From assembly GCA_041686025.1 (NCBI GenBank), contig JAWLEP010000033.1:1-28977 (forward strand): a DNA stretch of 28,977 bases, given 5' to 3'. Below the pieces are notes generated by a model. It saw nothing but the letters and a program-made list of their open reading frames with translations. It was not told where the DNA came from and ran no database searches. This document shows, piece by piece, positions 15,179-23,512 of this stretch. Position numbers and translations under genes: made by a program. Source of the DNA: Candidatus Fermentibacteraceae bacterium (GTDB lineage Bacteria; Fermentibacterota; Fermentibacteria; Fermentibacterales; JCC-6). Each line of letters begins with the position of its first letter. Positions within the stretch are counted from its first letter, which is position 1.

Positions 15179-17428
15179 ATGCTACTTGCCATACTGCTGC
15201 TCCTGGGGCAGACGTGCGAATGGGACTTTCAGTCTTCCTTCTCGCGGGTGGACAACATGCATCCCGGTAGCGGGGGGACGATACTGGCAGCCGGACCCGG
15301 AGGGGTCTTTCGGTACGACCCTGCCAGCGGCGACTTCAGCGACTTCTACGGATATCCCGGCCAGCTGCCGGGGCTGGGGGCCAACGACGTTCTGGAGGAT
15401 TCCGACGGCAACCTGTGGGTGGCCCCCACCGACGGCGGCCTGACGGGCCTGCGCGACGGCGAGTGGGTGGTGTACACCGTCTACGAGGGCATACCCGGCT
15501 CGGGCACCATCTACAGCCTGGAGGAGGCGGGGGGCAAGATCTGGGCGGGAACGGACGCCGGAGTGGCCATGGAGGCAGGCGAGGGCTTCGTAAGTCTGGA
15601 CGAGTCCTCCACGAATGGAGGTCTGCCCACCACGAAAGTCTACGACCTGGACCACGACGGGCAGTTCCTCTGGCTGGCCACCGGCAAGGGCGTCTACCGT
15701 CTCGATCTCTCGGCCAGCCCCTACATCGCCGACAGCTGGGACTCCCCCGGCGACACCGGGGGGCTGGGGATCGACTACCTTGCTCTGGGGGAGGGGCAGG
15801 ATCCCGCCGGCGTCGGCTCCCAGGGCGTCTACGTCTTCCAGGACGGAACCAAGTGGACGCTGATGCTCTCAGACTCCGAGGTCTCCCGGGCCGCATGGAC
15901 CTCCTGGGGCCTGCTGGCCGCCGGGGAGGGTGTCCTGCGGCAGGTCTCCGACAGCACCTGGGTGGAGATGGGAACCGGTTTTCCCGAGGGGCTGCCGGGC
16001 AGCTACTACGCCGGCCCTCTGCTGGAGAGGCAGGGAGTGCTGTGGTGCGGCATCGGGCCCATCAGCTACCCCGATGCCTCCTGGGGGCTGGGTCTGGGAG
16101 GGCTTTCGGGACCGGATGACGCCTGGGAGGTCGTTACCATACCGGGTATGCCGGCCAGCAACGTCAACCAGGTGGCGGTAGAGGACGGACTCACCATTCT
16201 GGGCAGCAGGTACTCCGGCCTGCTGGTGGAACACCCCCAGGGATGGCGGCAGTACGGCCAGACGGAGGGACTGCCCAGGTTCCTGCAGGTCTACTCCGCG
16301 ACTGCGGGGCGGGGCAGCGACATATGGTGCTCGGCCTATCACTACGGACTCACCTGGGTGGGCGGCGGCGCCACGTACACCACAGCGGACGACACCGTCC
16401 TGACCTTCGCCTCCGACAGCATCACCTTCCCCCCGGGTCTCAACCAGGTCATCGCCCCCCTCCTGAACAACCAGATCAGGATGATGGCCACCCAGGAGAG
16501 CACCCTCTGGCTGGCCCAGGAGGCCTTCTTCCAGACCCCCGATGAGCCCAGCGGCATAGTGGCCGTAGGCGGCGACCCGCCCAGCCTGGACGACATGACC
16601 TTCACCTCCTACCAGCCGGCGGCCGGCGGCATGGCGGCCAAGAACGTCCGGGCCGTCTGCCCCCTGGGCGCCGACCGCCTGTGGGTGGTCTACGCCGAGA
16701 ACGGCGGCTGCCAGCTGCTGGACCATGGCGGCACCCCCCACGACAGGTCGGACGATCAGTGGCTGCCGGCGGGCAGGGCTTACGGCACCGAGGACGGGCT
16801 GTCCTCCAACACGGTCAACTGCGCCGCCTGCGGGCCGGACGGGACAAGCTACATAGGTACGCCCCTGGGCGTCTATGTTTACAACGGATCCGGCTCCTTC
16901 AGCGAGCTGTCGGGCACGGCAAGCAGCATCACGGCCATGCAGGTGGACGGGGCCGGCCGCCTCTGGGCCAACAGCTCCCGGGGGATGCTCCTGGTGGACG
17001 ACGGCTCGGTGACTGTCTTCGACAGCGACAACTCCCCCTACGTACCCACCTCCCGCGAGGCGGAGGAGGACTTCGCCGCCCTGGGCCCGGACGGCAGCGT
17101 GGTCTACTTCAGCTCCATGTACGGCCTCTGGTCGGTGAGCTGCAGCGGCGGAGGGGGCCAGCAGGGCGGAGGCCCGCTCTTCTACCCCCAGCCATGGAAG
17201 GTGGAGGAGGAGACCCTGGGCATCGCCGGCATACCGGGCGAGGGATCCGTGGAGGTCTCCATCTACCGCGTGGACGGCGGCTTCCTCCGCAGCGTTGGCG
17301 CGCCCTCATCCTCCCAGTGGAGCTGGGACGGCACCGTCGACGGGTCCGTGGTCTCCTCCGGAGTCTACATGGCGCTGGTGAGCTGGGACGGGGGGACCGA
17401 GCTGGTCAAGCTGGCGGTGGTGAGGTAG
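15179..17428 (+). CDS. PorZ-like protein: two-component-regulator beta-propellers plus T9SS C-terminal domain
   Basis: Reg_prop-type repeats (DSDGNLWVA, GLPTTKVYDL, GLSSNTVN, VDGAGRLW); CTD YPQPW...IYRVDG...WDG...SSGVYMALV...KLAVVR. The architecture matches PorZ, but orthology is unverified. Confidence 0.7.
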   Translation: MLLAILLLLGQTCEWDFQSSFSRVDNMHPGSGGTILAAGPGGVFRYDPASGDFSDFYGYPGQLPGLGANDVLEDSDGNLWVAPTDGGLTGLRDGEWVVYTVYEGIPGSGTIYSLEEAGGKIWAGTDAGVAMEAGEGFVSLDESSTNGGLPTTKVYDLDHDGQFLWLATGKGVYRLDLSASPYIADSWDSPGDTGGLGIDYLALGEGQDPAGVGSQGVYVFQDGTKWTLMLSDSEVSRAAWTSWGLLAAGEGVLRQVSDSTWVEMGTGFPEGLPGSYYAGPLLERQGVLWCGIGPISYPDASWGLGLGGLSGPDDAWEVVTIPGMPASNVNQVAVEDGLTILGSRYSGLLVEHPQGWRQYGQTEGLPRFLQVYSATAGRGSDIWCSAYHYGLTWVGGGATYTTADDTVLTFASDSITFPPGLNQVIAPLLNNQIRMMATQESTLWLAQEAFFQTPDEPSGIVAVGGDPPSLDDMTFTSYQPAAGGMAAKNVRAVCPLGADRLWVVYAENGGCQLLDHGGTPHDRSDDQWLPAGRAYGTEDGLSSNTVNCAACGPDGTSYIGTPLGVYVYNGSGSFSELSGTASSITAMQVDGAGRLWANSSRGMLLVDDGSVTVFDSDNSPYVPTSREAEEDFAALGPDGSVVYFSSMYGLWSVSCSGGGGQQGGGPLFYPQPWKVEEETLGIAGIPGEGSVEVSIYRVDGGFLRSVGAPSSSQWSWDGTVDGSVVSSGVYMALVSWDGGTELVKLAVVR

Positions 17429-17430
17429 GG

Positions 17431-17452
17431 GGGGCCGGAGCCTGCCGGCCCC
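17431..17452. terminator. GC-rich hairpin between convergent genes
   Basis: GGGGCCGG-AGCCTG-CCGGCCCC; no clear U-tract. Confidence 0.4.
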
Positions 17453-17470
17453 GGGGAGTCGCTGATGGGG

Positions 17471-18553
17471 CTAGGTCTCCGGGACTATCCTCTTGCTTGT
17501 GTACTGGTTGTTCATAAGGCGGACCAGGCCGGAGTATCCCATTCGGAACGTGATGGTGTCGCCTATCTTCAGCACGGTCCCGCCCTCGCCCACGTTCAGG
17601 ACCGTCAGGTCGCTGCTGGCTCCGGCCAGTCGGTAGTCGGAGTTCACCGGACGCAGCGACGACACCTCCGTGTCCAGCTCGCCCACTGTAACCAGGGCCC
17701 GGTAGCCCCTCTGGCCCGGGGCGTGGTCGGCCTCCTCGTCGGAGTTGAAGGGCATCAGGCCCTCCAGGGTCTCGCCGGTGGGTATCAGGCTCTTCTCCTT
17801 TATCTCCACCACCTCGGCCTCCAGCAGGAACCCGTCGTCGCGCAGGCCCCGCATGATGCCTCCGTTGATCAGGTCGGTGCCCAGCAGTATGGCCTCCCCC
17901 ACCCGGAAGTGGTTGATCTGGGGGGGCACCTGACCCTCCAGCAGGAAGGGAAGGGTGGCGCTCGACCCGGCGGATATGACGGGCAGCTTCCGCTCGAACT
18001 TCAGCTCCAGCAGCTCCTTGTAGAGGACCAGCTGCATGAGCTGGTCGTTGGACGGCACGGTCCCCGACAGGCAGCCCAGGTTGGAGCCGATTCCCAGGAT
18101 CTCGATGTTGGGCAGCACGAAGACGTCCCGGTACATCTTCACCAGCGACCCCGGAAGGATCCCCTCCCGCAGGTCACCCAGCTCTATCATCAGGACTACC
18201 TTGTGCACCTTGCCCTGCTTCTCGGCCTCGTCGTTGAGGGCCTTCACCGTCTTCAGCTCGGTGTTCAGGGAGACGTCGCTGCAGGCTATCACCTCGGCCA
18301 GCTCCCTGGTGTGCGGGGGCCGCAGGAACCAGCGCTCGATGTCCATGCCGCTCTCGGTGAGCCTCTTGAGGTTTTCCAGCCGGGAATCGGCCATGGAGTC
18401 GACTCCGGCCTCGTTGAGTATCCGGATGGCGTCCATGTGCCCGCAGAGGGCCTTGGTAACCACGGTCAGCGTGGCCCCGTGGCGCTCGACCCAGTGCTTC
18501 ACCGCCTGGAAGTTCTGCCGCAGGGCTTGCGGGTTGATCACCACGGTGTTCAC
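17471..18553 (-). CDS. PLP-dependent alanine/ornithine racemase family protein (fold type III, Orr/YhfX-like)
   Basis: VVTKALCG (PLP Lys), ADSRLENL, MIELGDLREG, GSNLGC, ISAGSS, NHFRVGEAILLG, GASSD; GTGA overlap with the GNAT stop. Confidence 0.85.
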   Translation of the reverse strand: MNTVVINPQALRQNFQAVKHWVERHGATLTVVTKALCGHMDAIRILNEAGVDSMADSRLENLKRLTESGMDIERWFLRPPHTRELAEVIACSDVSLNTELKTVKALNDEAEKQGKVHKVVLMIELGDLREGILPGSLVKMYRDVFVLPNIEILGIGSNLGCLSGTVPSNDQLMQLVLYKELLELKFERKLPVISAGSSATLPFLLEGQVPPQINHFRVGEAILLGTDLINGGIMRGLRDDGFLLEAEVVEIKEKSLIPTGETLEGLMPFNSDEEADHAPGQRGYRALVTVGELDTEVSSLRPVNSDYRLAGASSDLTVLNVGEGGTVLKIGDTITFRMGYSGLVRLMNNQYTSKRIVPET

Positions 18554-19011
18554 TTCTCGTACCTCATCTCGGCGTACTTGGAGGTAAAGCCGATCCTCTC
18601 GTACAGCCGCTTGGCCGGGTTGTCGTACTCCACGTGGAGCTTCACGTCGCCCTCGGCCTCTTCCAGGGCGCGCCCGATTATCCGCCCGCCTACGCCGCGG
18701 CCCCTCATGTCCGGACGTACCGCCACGTAGAGGAGCACGTTCTCGGGAATGTAGCCCTTCATGCCGGTGCGCAGCATGACCACCGAGCCCACGGGCTCTC
18801 CCTCCTCCTCGGCCAGGAGAACGAACCCGCCCCTGCCGGGCTCCTCGGAGAGGGAGTATTCGAGGCCGTCCAGTATCTCCTCCACGGGATCGTCGAAAGG
18901 CTTGAGGCTCTCGTGGAGGAACTCCGCCAGGTCCCTCTTCGCTATGTGCTCCTCGAGCTCATCGGCGGTGTGGGATACAGATACGTCAATGCTGTCGGAT
19001 TTGCTGGCCAT
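18550..19011 (-). CDS. GNAT family N-acetyltransferase
   Basis: YVAVRPDMRGRGVG acetyl-CoA motif A; LHVEYDNPAKRLYERIGF. Confidence 0.9.
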   Translation of the reverse strand: MASKSDSIDVSVSHTADELEEHIAKRDLAEFLHESLKPFDDPVEEILDGLEYSLSEEPGRGGFVLLAEEEGEPVGSVVMLRTGMKGYIPENVLLYVAVRPDMRGRGVGGRIIGRALEEAEGDVKLHVEYDNPAKRLYERIGFTSKYAEMRYEK

Positions 19012-19144
19012 GATGCCTTTCCATCACAGGGTTACAGAAGTGGTTTTGCAGGCAAGTTCGGTCGGCAGTATGAATAAAGACCCAGACACCCTCGTCGTCA
19101 ACCCCGACCAGGCCGAAACGGCCCCGGAAAGGCAGTGATCGTCA

Positions 19145-19351
19145 ATGCGGAACACCGTTCTGAAGATCATCAACCCGCTGCTGCTTCTTCTTCTGCTGTT
19201 CCAGCTCACAACCGCGGTTCTGCGAGGCAGCATCTACGATTTCTTCCACAGCTGGCACCCCATCGGGGGCTACGCCCTGGTGGCACTTGGACTGCTGCAC
19301 CTGCTGCTCAACTGGCGGTGGGTGGGGGCCGTATATCGCCACAGCCCTTGA
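19145..19351 (+). CDS. Small two-TM membrane protein (DUF4405-like)
   Basis: 68 aa; hydrophobic helix, then H..G.....L..LH..LNW.W pattern. Confidence 0.65.
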   Translation: MRNTVLKIINPLLLLLLLFQLTTAVLRGSIYDFFHSWHPIGGYALVALGLLHLLLNWRWVGAVYRHSP

Positions 19352-19378
19352 ACTTCAGCAACCGTCATGCTCCGGGGG

Positions 19379-19407
19379 TTGCGCTTCCGGAGCTTGGACC
19401 ATATGTT
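19379..19407 (+). promoter_or_regulatory. Possible sigma70 promoter for tldD-tldE
   Basis: TTGCGC (19379-19384), 17 nt, TATGTT (19402-19407) in an AT-richer intergenic stretch. Confidence 0.35.
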
Positions 19408-19450
19408 TTCTGAACAGCCAAACTTTTTTGAGCGAAGAAGGGATGGATGA

Positions 19451-20815
19451 ATGCTGCAGGAGCTGAGGAAGCTGATAGCCGATGTTCCGGCGGACTTCGC
19501 CGACATCCGCTACGAGGTGAAGAGGGAGACCGAGGTCTCCTTCGCCGGTGCGGACCTCAAGGAGGTCGGCGCCAGCACCACTGACGGCTTCGTGGTCCGC
19601 GTGCTCAAGGACGGAGGCTTCGCCACCGCGAAGGTCACCTCACGCGAGGACGTTCGGCGAGGCCTGAAGATGGCGCTGGAGGCGGCGGAGGTGATAGTGG
19701 ACAGCGGCGGCAAGAGAACCGAGCTGGCCGATGTCCCGGCGGTGGAGGACACGGTTCCGCTTGAGCTGGACGGCGACCCCCGGGAAGTGCCCATGGAGGA
19801 CAAGATCGCACAGGTCAGGAAGTACAACTCCCTGATGCTGGACCGGCCCGAGATCGCCACCACCAACATCCACTACGAGGAGGTCTACCGTAACAAGTAC
19901 TACGTAAGCACCGAGGGAAGCGCCATCAACGAGGAGCTGCTTACCTCCGGCATGGGTGGTGAGGCTGTTGCCCAGCGGGCGGGCCTTCTGCAGAACATCC
20001 GGATATCCGCCGGCGGCAGCGACGGCTGGAACCGGCTCCTTGGCCGAGAGGAGATGTTCGAGGAGCGGGCCGGTCTCGCCGAGCGGCTTCTCGACGCCGA
20101 CCCGGTGAAGGGCGGCAGGTACAACGTGATACTGAGCCCCCTGCTGGCGGGAGTCTTCACCCACGAGGCGTTCGGCCACTTCAGCGAGGCCGACCTGGTG
20201 GAGGACAACGAAAGCCTCCGCGAGAAGATGTCTCTGGGCGCAAAGCTGGGGTCCGACCACGTGACGATCGTGGCAGACTCTACGCCCAGGAGCCAGCTGG
20301 GCTACTACAGGTACGACGACGAGGGCGTACGCGTCCGGCCGGTGACGCTGATGGAGAAGGGGGTCCTCAAGGGACGGCTCCACTCCCGCAGAACGGCCGC
20401 GGCGATGGATGAGCCGGTAACCGGCCACTGCGTCGCCGAGGACCACCGCTTCGCGCCGATAGTCAGGATGGGAACCATATACGTTGCTCCCGGGGAGAAG
20501 AGCTTTGACGACCTGCTGTCCGAGCTGGGTGACGGACTGTACCTGGTGGACGGCAAGGGCGGCCAGACCAGCGGCGAGAACTTCACTTTCGGAGCCCAGT
20601 ACGGCTTCATCGTGGAGGGCGGCAAGCTGGGGCCCATGATTCGGGACATCAACATCATGGGCAACCTCTTCACCACGCTGAAGAGCATCGCCGGCGCGGC
20701 GGACGACCTTCAGATCTCCGAGCGCGGCGGCTGCGGAAAGGGTCAGCTTAACATCAAGTCGGCGCTGGGCGGCCCGCACGTCCTGATCACCGACATGGTA
20801 GTTGGAGGTGTGTAG
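19451..20815 (+). CDS. tldD: TldD metalloprotease subunit
   Basis: FADIRYE N-terminus; THEAFGHFSEAD (HExxxH); YDDEG; PIVRM; C-terminal CGKGQ...GGPH. Confidence 0.9.
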   Translation: MLQELRKLIADVPADFADIRYEVKRETEVSFAGADLKEVGASTTDGFVVRVLKDGGFATAKVTSREDVRRGLKMALEAAEVIVDSGGKRTELADVPAVEDTVPLELDGDPREVPMEDKIAQVRKYNSLMLDRPEIATTNIHYEEVYRNKYYVSTEGSAINEELLTSGMGGEAVAQRAGLLQNIRISAGGSDGWNRLLGREEMFEERAGLAERLLDADPVKGGRYNVILSPLLAGVFTHEAFGHFSEADLVEDNESLREKMSLGAKLGSDHVTIVADSTPRSQLGYYRYDDEGVRVRPVTLMEKGVLKGRLHSRRTAAAMDEPVTGHCVAEDHRFAPIVRMGTIYVAPGEKSFDDLLSELGDGLYLVDGKGGQTSGENFTFGAQYGFIVEGGKLGPMIRDINIMGNLFTTLKSIAGAADDLQISERGGCGKGQLNIKSALGGPHVLITDMVVGGV

Positions 20816-20816
20816 C

Positions 20817-22136
20817 ATGAAGAAGCTCCTGGAGAAGGCGCTGGAGGTGGCCGACCAGGCTGAGGTCTACCACCTCGAGGAGGAGGGCACCAGCGCCTCG
20901 ATGCGCAACGGAAAGCTCAAGGAGATGTCCACCTCCATACAGTCGGGCTACTCCCTCAGGATCATCAAGGACGGCATGCTGGGAACCGCTTACACCAAGA
21001 ACCTGCTGGACCGCGACGAGCTGGTGGCCAACGCGCTGGCCTCGCTCAAGGGTGAGGTGGGGGCGTCGTTCAGCTTCCCCGGCCCTGCTGAGATGGAGGA
21101 GCTTGACACCTTCGATCGGTCGGTGGCCGACGTTACCCCCAGGGAGCTGCAGGCCAGGTGCGGACGGATCATGGAGTTCGTGGCGAAGCAGGACCTGGAG
21201 GGCGAGGTAACGGTGGGCGTCGGATCCGGCCTCGACCGTTTGAGAATCGTCAACTCCGCGGGTCTGGACGTTTCCCAGAGCACCTCGGAGTACGGCGGCG
21301 GCATGATCATGCACTACCCCGGCACCGAGACCGGAGTCTACGCGCAGTACGAGACACGCGGTCCGTCCGATCCGGACTGGGACTACTTCGAGAGGCAGGC
21401 GGGCCTGTACAGGGCCACCGTCCCGCAGGTGAACATACCAACCGGGCGGATGAAGGTGCTCTTCATGCCCACCTCCCTCTACGCGCTCACCTGGAGGCTG
21501 GGAGCCGGCGCAAGCGGCAAGTCCTTCCACACCGAGACGTCCCCGCTGCTTGGCCGGGCCGGCGAGAAGGTCCTCTCCGAGAAGATCAGCATGCGCAACG
21601 TCCCCCACGACACAAGCGTGCTGGGTGCACGGGCCTTCGACGACGAGGGCGTGGCCACGCGAAGCCTGGACGTCTTCGAGGACGGTGTCTTCCGTACGCC
21701 CTACGTGAACCTCGACTACGCCGGAAAGCTGGGCATGGAGCCCACGGCAACCGGTTACCGAAGCACTCGCTGGGGCGGGGAAACCGTGGCCCAGCAGCCG
21801 GTGCCCTCCCTTCAGCATCTCCGCTTCGCCTACGGCGACTCGTCTTTTGAGGACATGCTGGGAATGATGGACAGGGGCGTAGTCGTGTTCGCCCTGCTGG
21901 GAGCCCACTCCGGCAACATCCTCAACGGCGACCTGTCGGTGGGCCTGAACCCCGGCTTCTTCGTGGAGGACGGCCGGATAAAGGGCCGGGTCCGCGACGG
22001 CATGGTGGCCGGAAACGCCTACGAGATGCTGCAGAAGGTGGCGGCCGTCCAGGACGGCCCCTACAACCCGGCCGGAGGACGCGGGCATCCCTGCATCCTG
22101 CTGGACGACGTCAGCGTATCCACCAGAGAGAGCTGA
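20817..22136 (+). CDS. tldE: TldE/PmbA subunit
   Basis: ATG 20817 with GGAGG RBS, 1 nt after the tldD stop; AEVY, FDDEGV, GAHSGNILNGDLS; no HExxxH. Confidence 0.85.
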   Translation: MKKLLEKALEVADQAEVYHLEEEGTSASMRNGKLKEMSTSIQSGYSLRIIKDGMLGTAYTKNLLDRDELVANALASLKGEVGASFSFPGPAEMEELDTFDRSVADVTPRELQARCGRIMEFVAKQDLEGEVTVGVGSGLDRLRIVNSAGLDVSQSTSEYGGGMIMHYPGTETGVYAQYETRGPSDPDWDYFERQAGLYRATVPQVNIPTGRMKVLFMPTSLYALTWRLGAGASGKSFHTETSPLLGRAGEKVLSEKISMRNVPHDTSVLGARAFDDEGVATRSLDVFEDGVFRTPYVNLDYAGKLGMEPTATGYRSTRWGGETVAQQPVPSLQHLRFAYGDSSFEDMLGMMDRGVVVFALLGAHSGNILNGDLSVGLNPGFFVEDGRIKGRVRDGMVAGNAYEMLQKVAAVQDGPYNPAGGRGHPCILLDDVSVSTRES

Positions 22137-22190
22137 TGCCCGGCGGGGACTGAGAGGAGGGGGGCGCCCCGTGCGGAGCCCCCCCCAGAT

Positions 22191-22229
22191 ACGAAGAGAG
22201 CCGGCCCCCGCTGCGGAGGCCGGCTTCGT
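22191..22229. terminator. Hairpin between convergent tldE and nucleotidyltransferase genes
   Basis: AGCCGGCC...GGCCGGCT stem with ACGAAG/CTTCGT complementary flanks; a second G-run/C-run hairpin lies just upstream (about 22159-22186). Confidence 0.55.
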
Positions 22230-22246
22230 CTGCTCAGGGAGTTCCC

Positions 22247-22570
22247 CTAGGTCTCTATCCTTATTCCCTCCCGGCGAGCCCGGTCGATGATGCGGCTGGC
22301 CTGCGTGTGCGCCCACTCGTCCTCACCGCACGGGTAAGGCTCGATGGGGCTCTCGCAGCCCTCCAGCTGGTCCCAGAGGCTCTCCAGATTCTCCATTCTG
22401 CTGCCGTTGTCGAACTCCGGCGAGACCACCACGGTGTCGATGTCTCCGAAGCCGTCGTCCTCTCCGGTTACGCTGGGACCGTAGACCACCGCGAAGCTTA
22501 CGCTCAGACCCGCCTGCTTCAGCTTATCCAGGTAAGCCTTCACCTGCTCGTCCAGCGTTGTGGTAGCCAT
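22247..22570 (-). CDS. Minimal nucleotidyltransferase (MNT, pol-beta superfamily)
   Basis: 107 aa; VVYGPSVTG....GDIDTVVVS resembles hG[S]-x-DxD; C-terminal REGI; GGAGGG RBS. Confidence 0.75.
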   Translation of the reverse strand: MATTTLDEQVKAYLDKLKQAGLSVSFAVVYGPSVTGEDDGFGDIDTVVVSPEFDNGSRMENLESLWDQLEGCESPIEPYPCGEDEWAHTQASRIIDRARREGIRIET

Positions 22571-22710
22571 TGGTTCCCTCCCTTCCGTGCAAGTTCATGT
22601 TACAGCTTAATGAGCATGATGCTTTCCAGCCACGAGCGCGGATTTTATCTCTATAATACCTGCCAAGGGGATTTCTCGGACTAACAGGTCCCGCCGGAGC
22701 CCGGGCCAGT

Positions 22711-22867
22711 TTGCACGGTGCAAGGCAGGCATCCCCCTCAAGTCCGCGTCATAATGGCGCAGCCAGACCGCCCAGGCCCCGCCGCTGTCCGGATTTGTCT
22801 ATGTAAACTATTGAGAAACAGCGAAATAACAGAGCAGGCTGGAAATGGGTGTGGAAAGATATTTGCT
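22711..22867 (+). promoter_or_regulatory. Putative sigma-54 promoter with IHF site and upstream activator palindromes
   Basis: TGGAAAGATATTTGCT (GG-N10-GC, 22852-22867); IHF-like TCTCAATAGTTTA on the minus strand (22804-22816); palindromes TTGCAC-G-GTGCAA (22711-22723) and GCGTCA-TAA-TGGCGC (22746-22760). Confidence 0.6.
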
Positions 22868-22920
22868 CCATCATAGGCTGAAAGGCAGAAGGAAGACCCG
22901 AAAAGCGAAAGGAGGACGAA

Positions 22921-23358
22921 ATGGCACGCTTACCGGCGAGAAGAAGCAGAGGCTACCTTACACCCTTCGACCTCCTCGGAGATGACATGAGGAGGTTCCT
23001 CGGGCTCACCGAGGACGAGTACCGCAACCAGATGGACTGGTTCCCCGCGGTGGACATATCGGAGACCAAGGACTCCATCGAGGTCACCTCCGAGCTGCCC
23101 GGCATGAGCAAGGACGATATCGAGATAGAGGTGGCCAAGGGCGTACTCACCATCAAGGGCGAGAAGAAGGAGAAGGAGGAGAAATCCGAGAAGTCCTTCC
23201 ATCACAGGGAGGTCCGCTACGGTACCTTCTCCAGGTCCTTCAGCCTGCCGGCGGAGGTGAAGGCCGAGGATGCCGAGGCCGAATTCAAGGACGGCGTTCT
23301 CACCGTCACCCTGCCCAAGGAGGAGAAGGCCCTCCACCGCAGGATCGAGATCCAGTAG
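22921..23358 (+). CDS. hsp20: Small heat-shock protein (Hsp20/alpha-crystallin)
   Basis: PAVDISET...ELPG..KDDIEI...LTIKGEK...YGTFSRSFSLP...AEFKDGVLTVTLPK...IEI; AGGAGG RBS. Confidence 0.95.
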   Translation: MARLPARRSRGYLTPFDLLGDDMRRFLGLTEDEYRNQMDWFPAVDISETKDSIEVTSELPGMSKDDIEIEVAKGVLTIKGEKKEKEEKSEKSFHHREVRYGTFSRSFSLPAEVKAEDAEAEFKDGVLTVTLPKEEKALHRRIEIQ

Positions 23359-23376
23359 TCTCAGCTTCACGACCGT

Positions 23377-23406
23377 AAGGGCCCCGGGTGGATCCCGGGG
23401 CCCTTT
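23377..23406 (+). terminator. Probable intrinsic terminator of hsp20
   Basis: Perfect 12-bp stem AAGGGCCCCGGG / CCCGGGGCCCTT, 5-nt loop, short T run. Confidence 0.7.
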
Positions 23407-23512
23407 CGCATCTCCCCTTTCTATCCGGGCCCCGGCCCTTCATAGTCTGCATGGCCGCTGGCCGGCGGAGGGCCGGTCGGGGGCCCTGGCATCTTGCGCG
23501 AGGGGACAGGGA

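Noticed and set aside
19451..22136. tldD-tldE as a RiPP maturation cluster
   Set aside because: No YcaO, radical SAM or precursor peptide nearby; TldE lacking the metal motif is normal for the family.
23270..23512. Upstream extension of the lipoprotein ORF
   Set aside because: Overlaps hsp20 and its terminator; the lipoprotein signal begins at ATG 23513.
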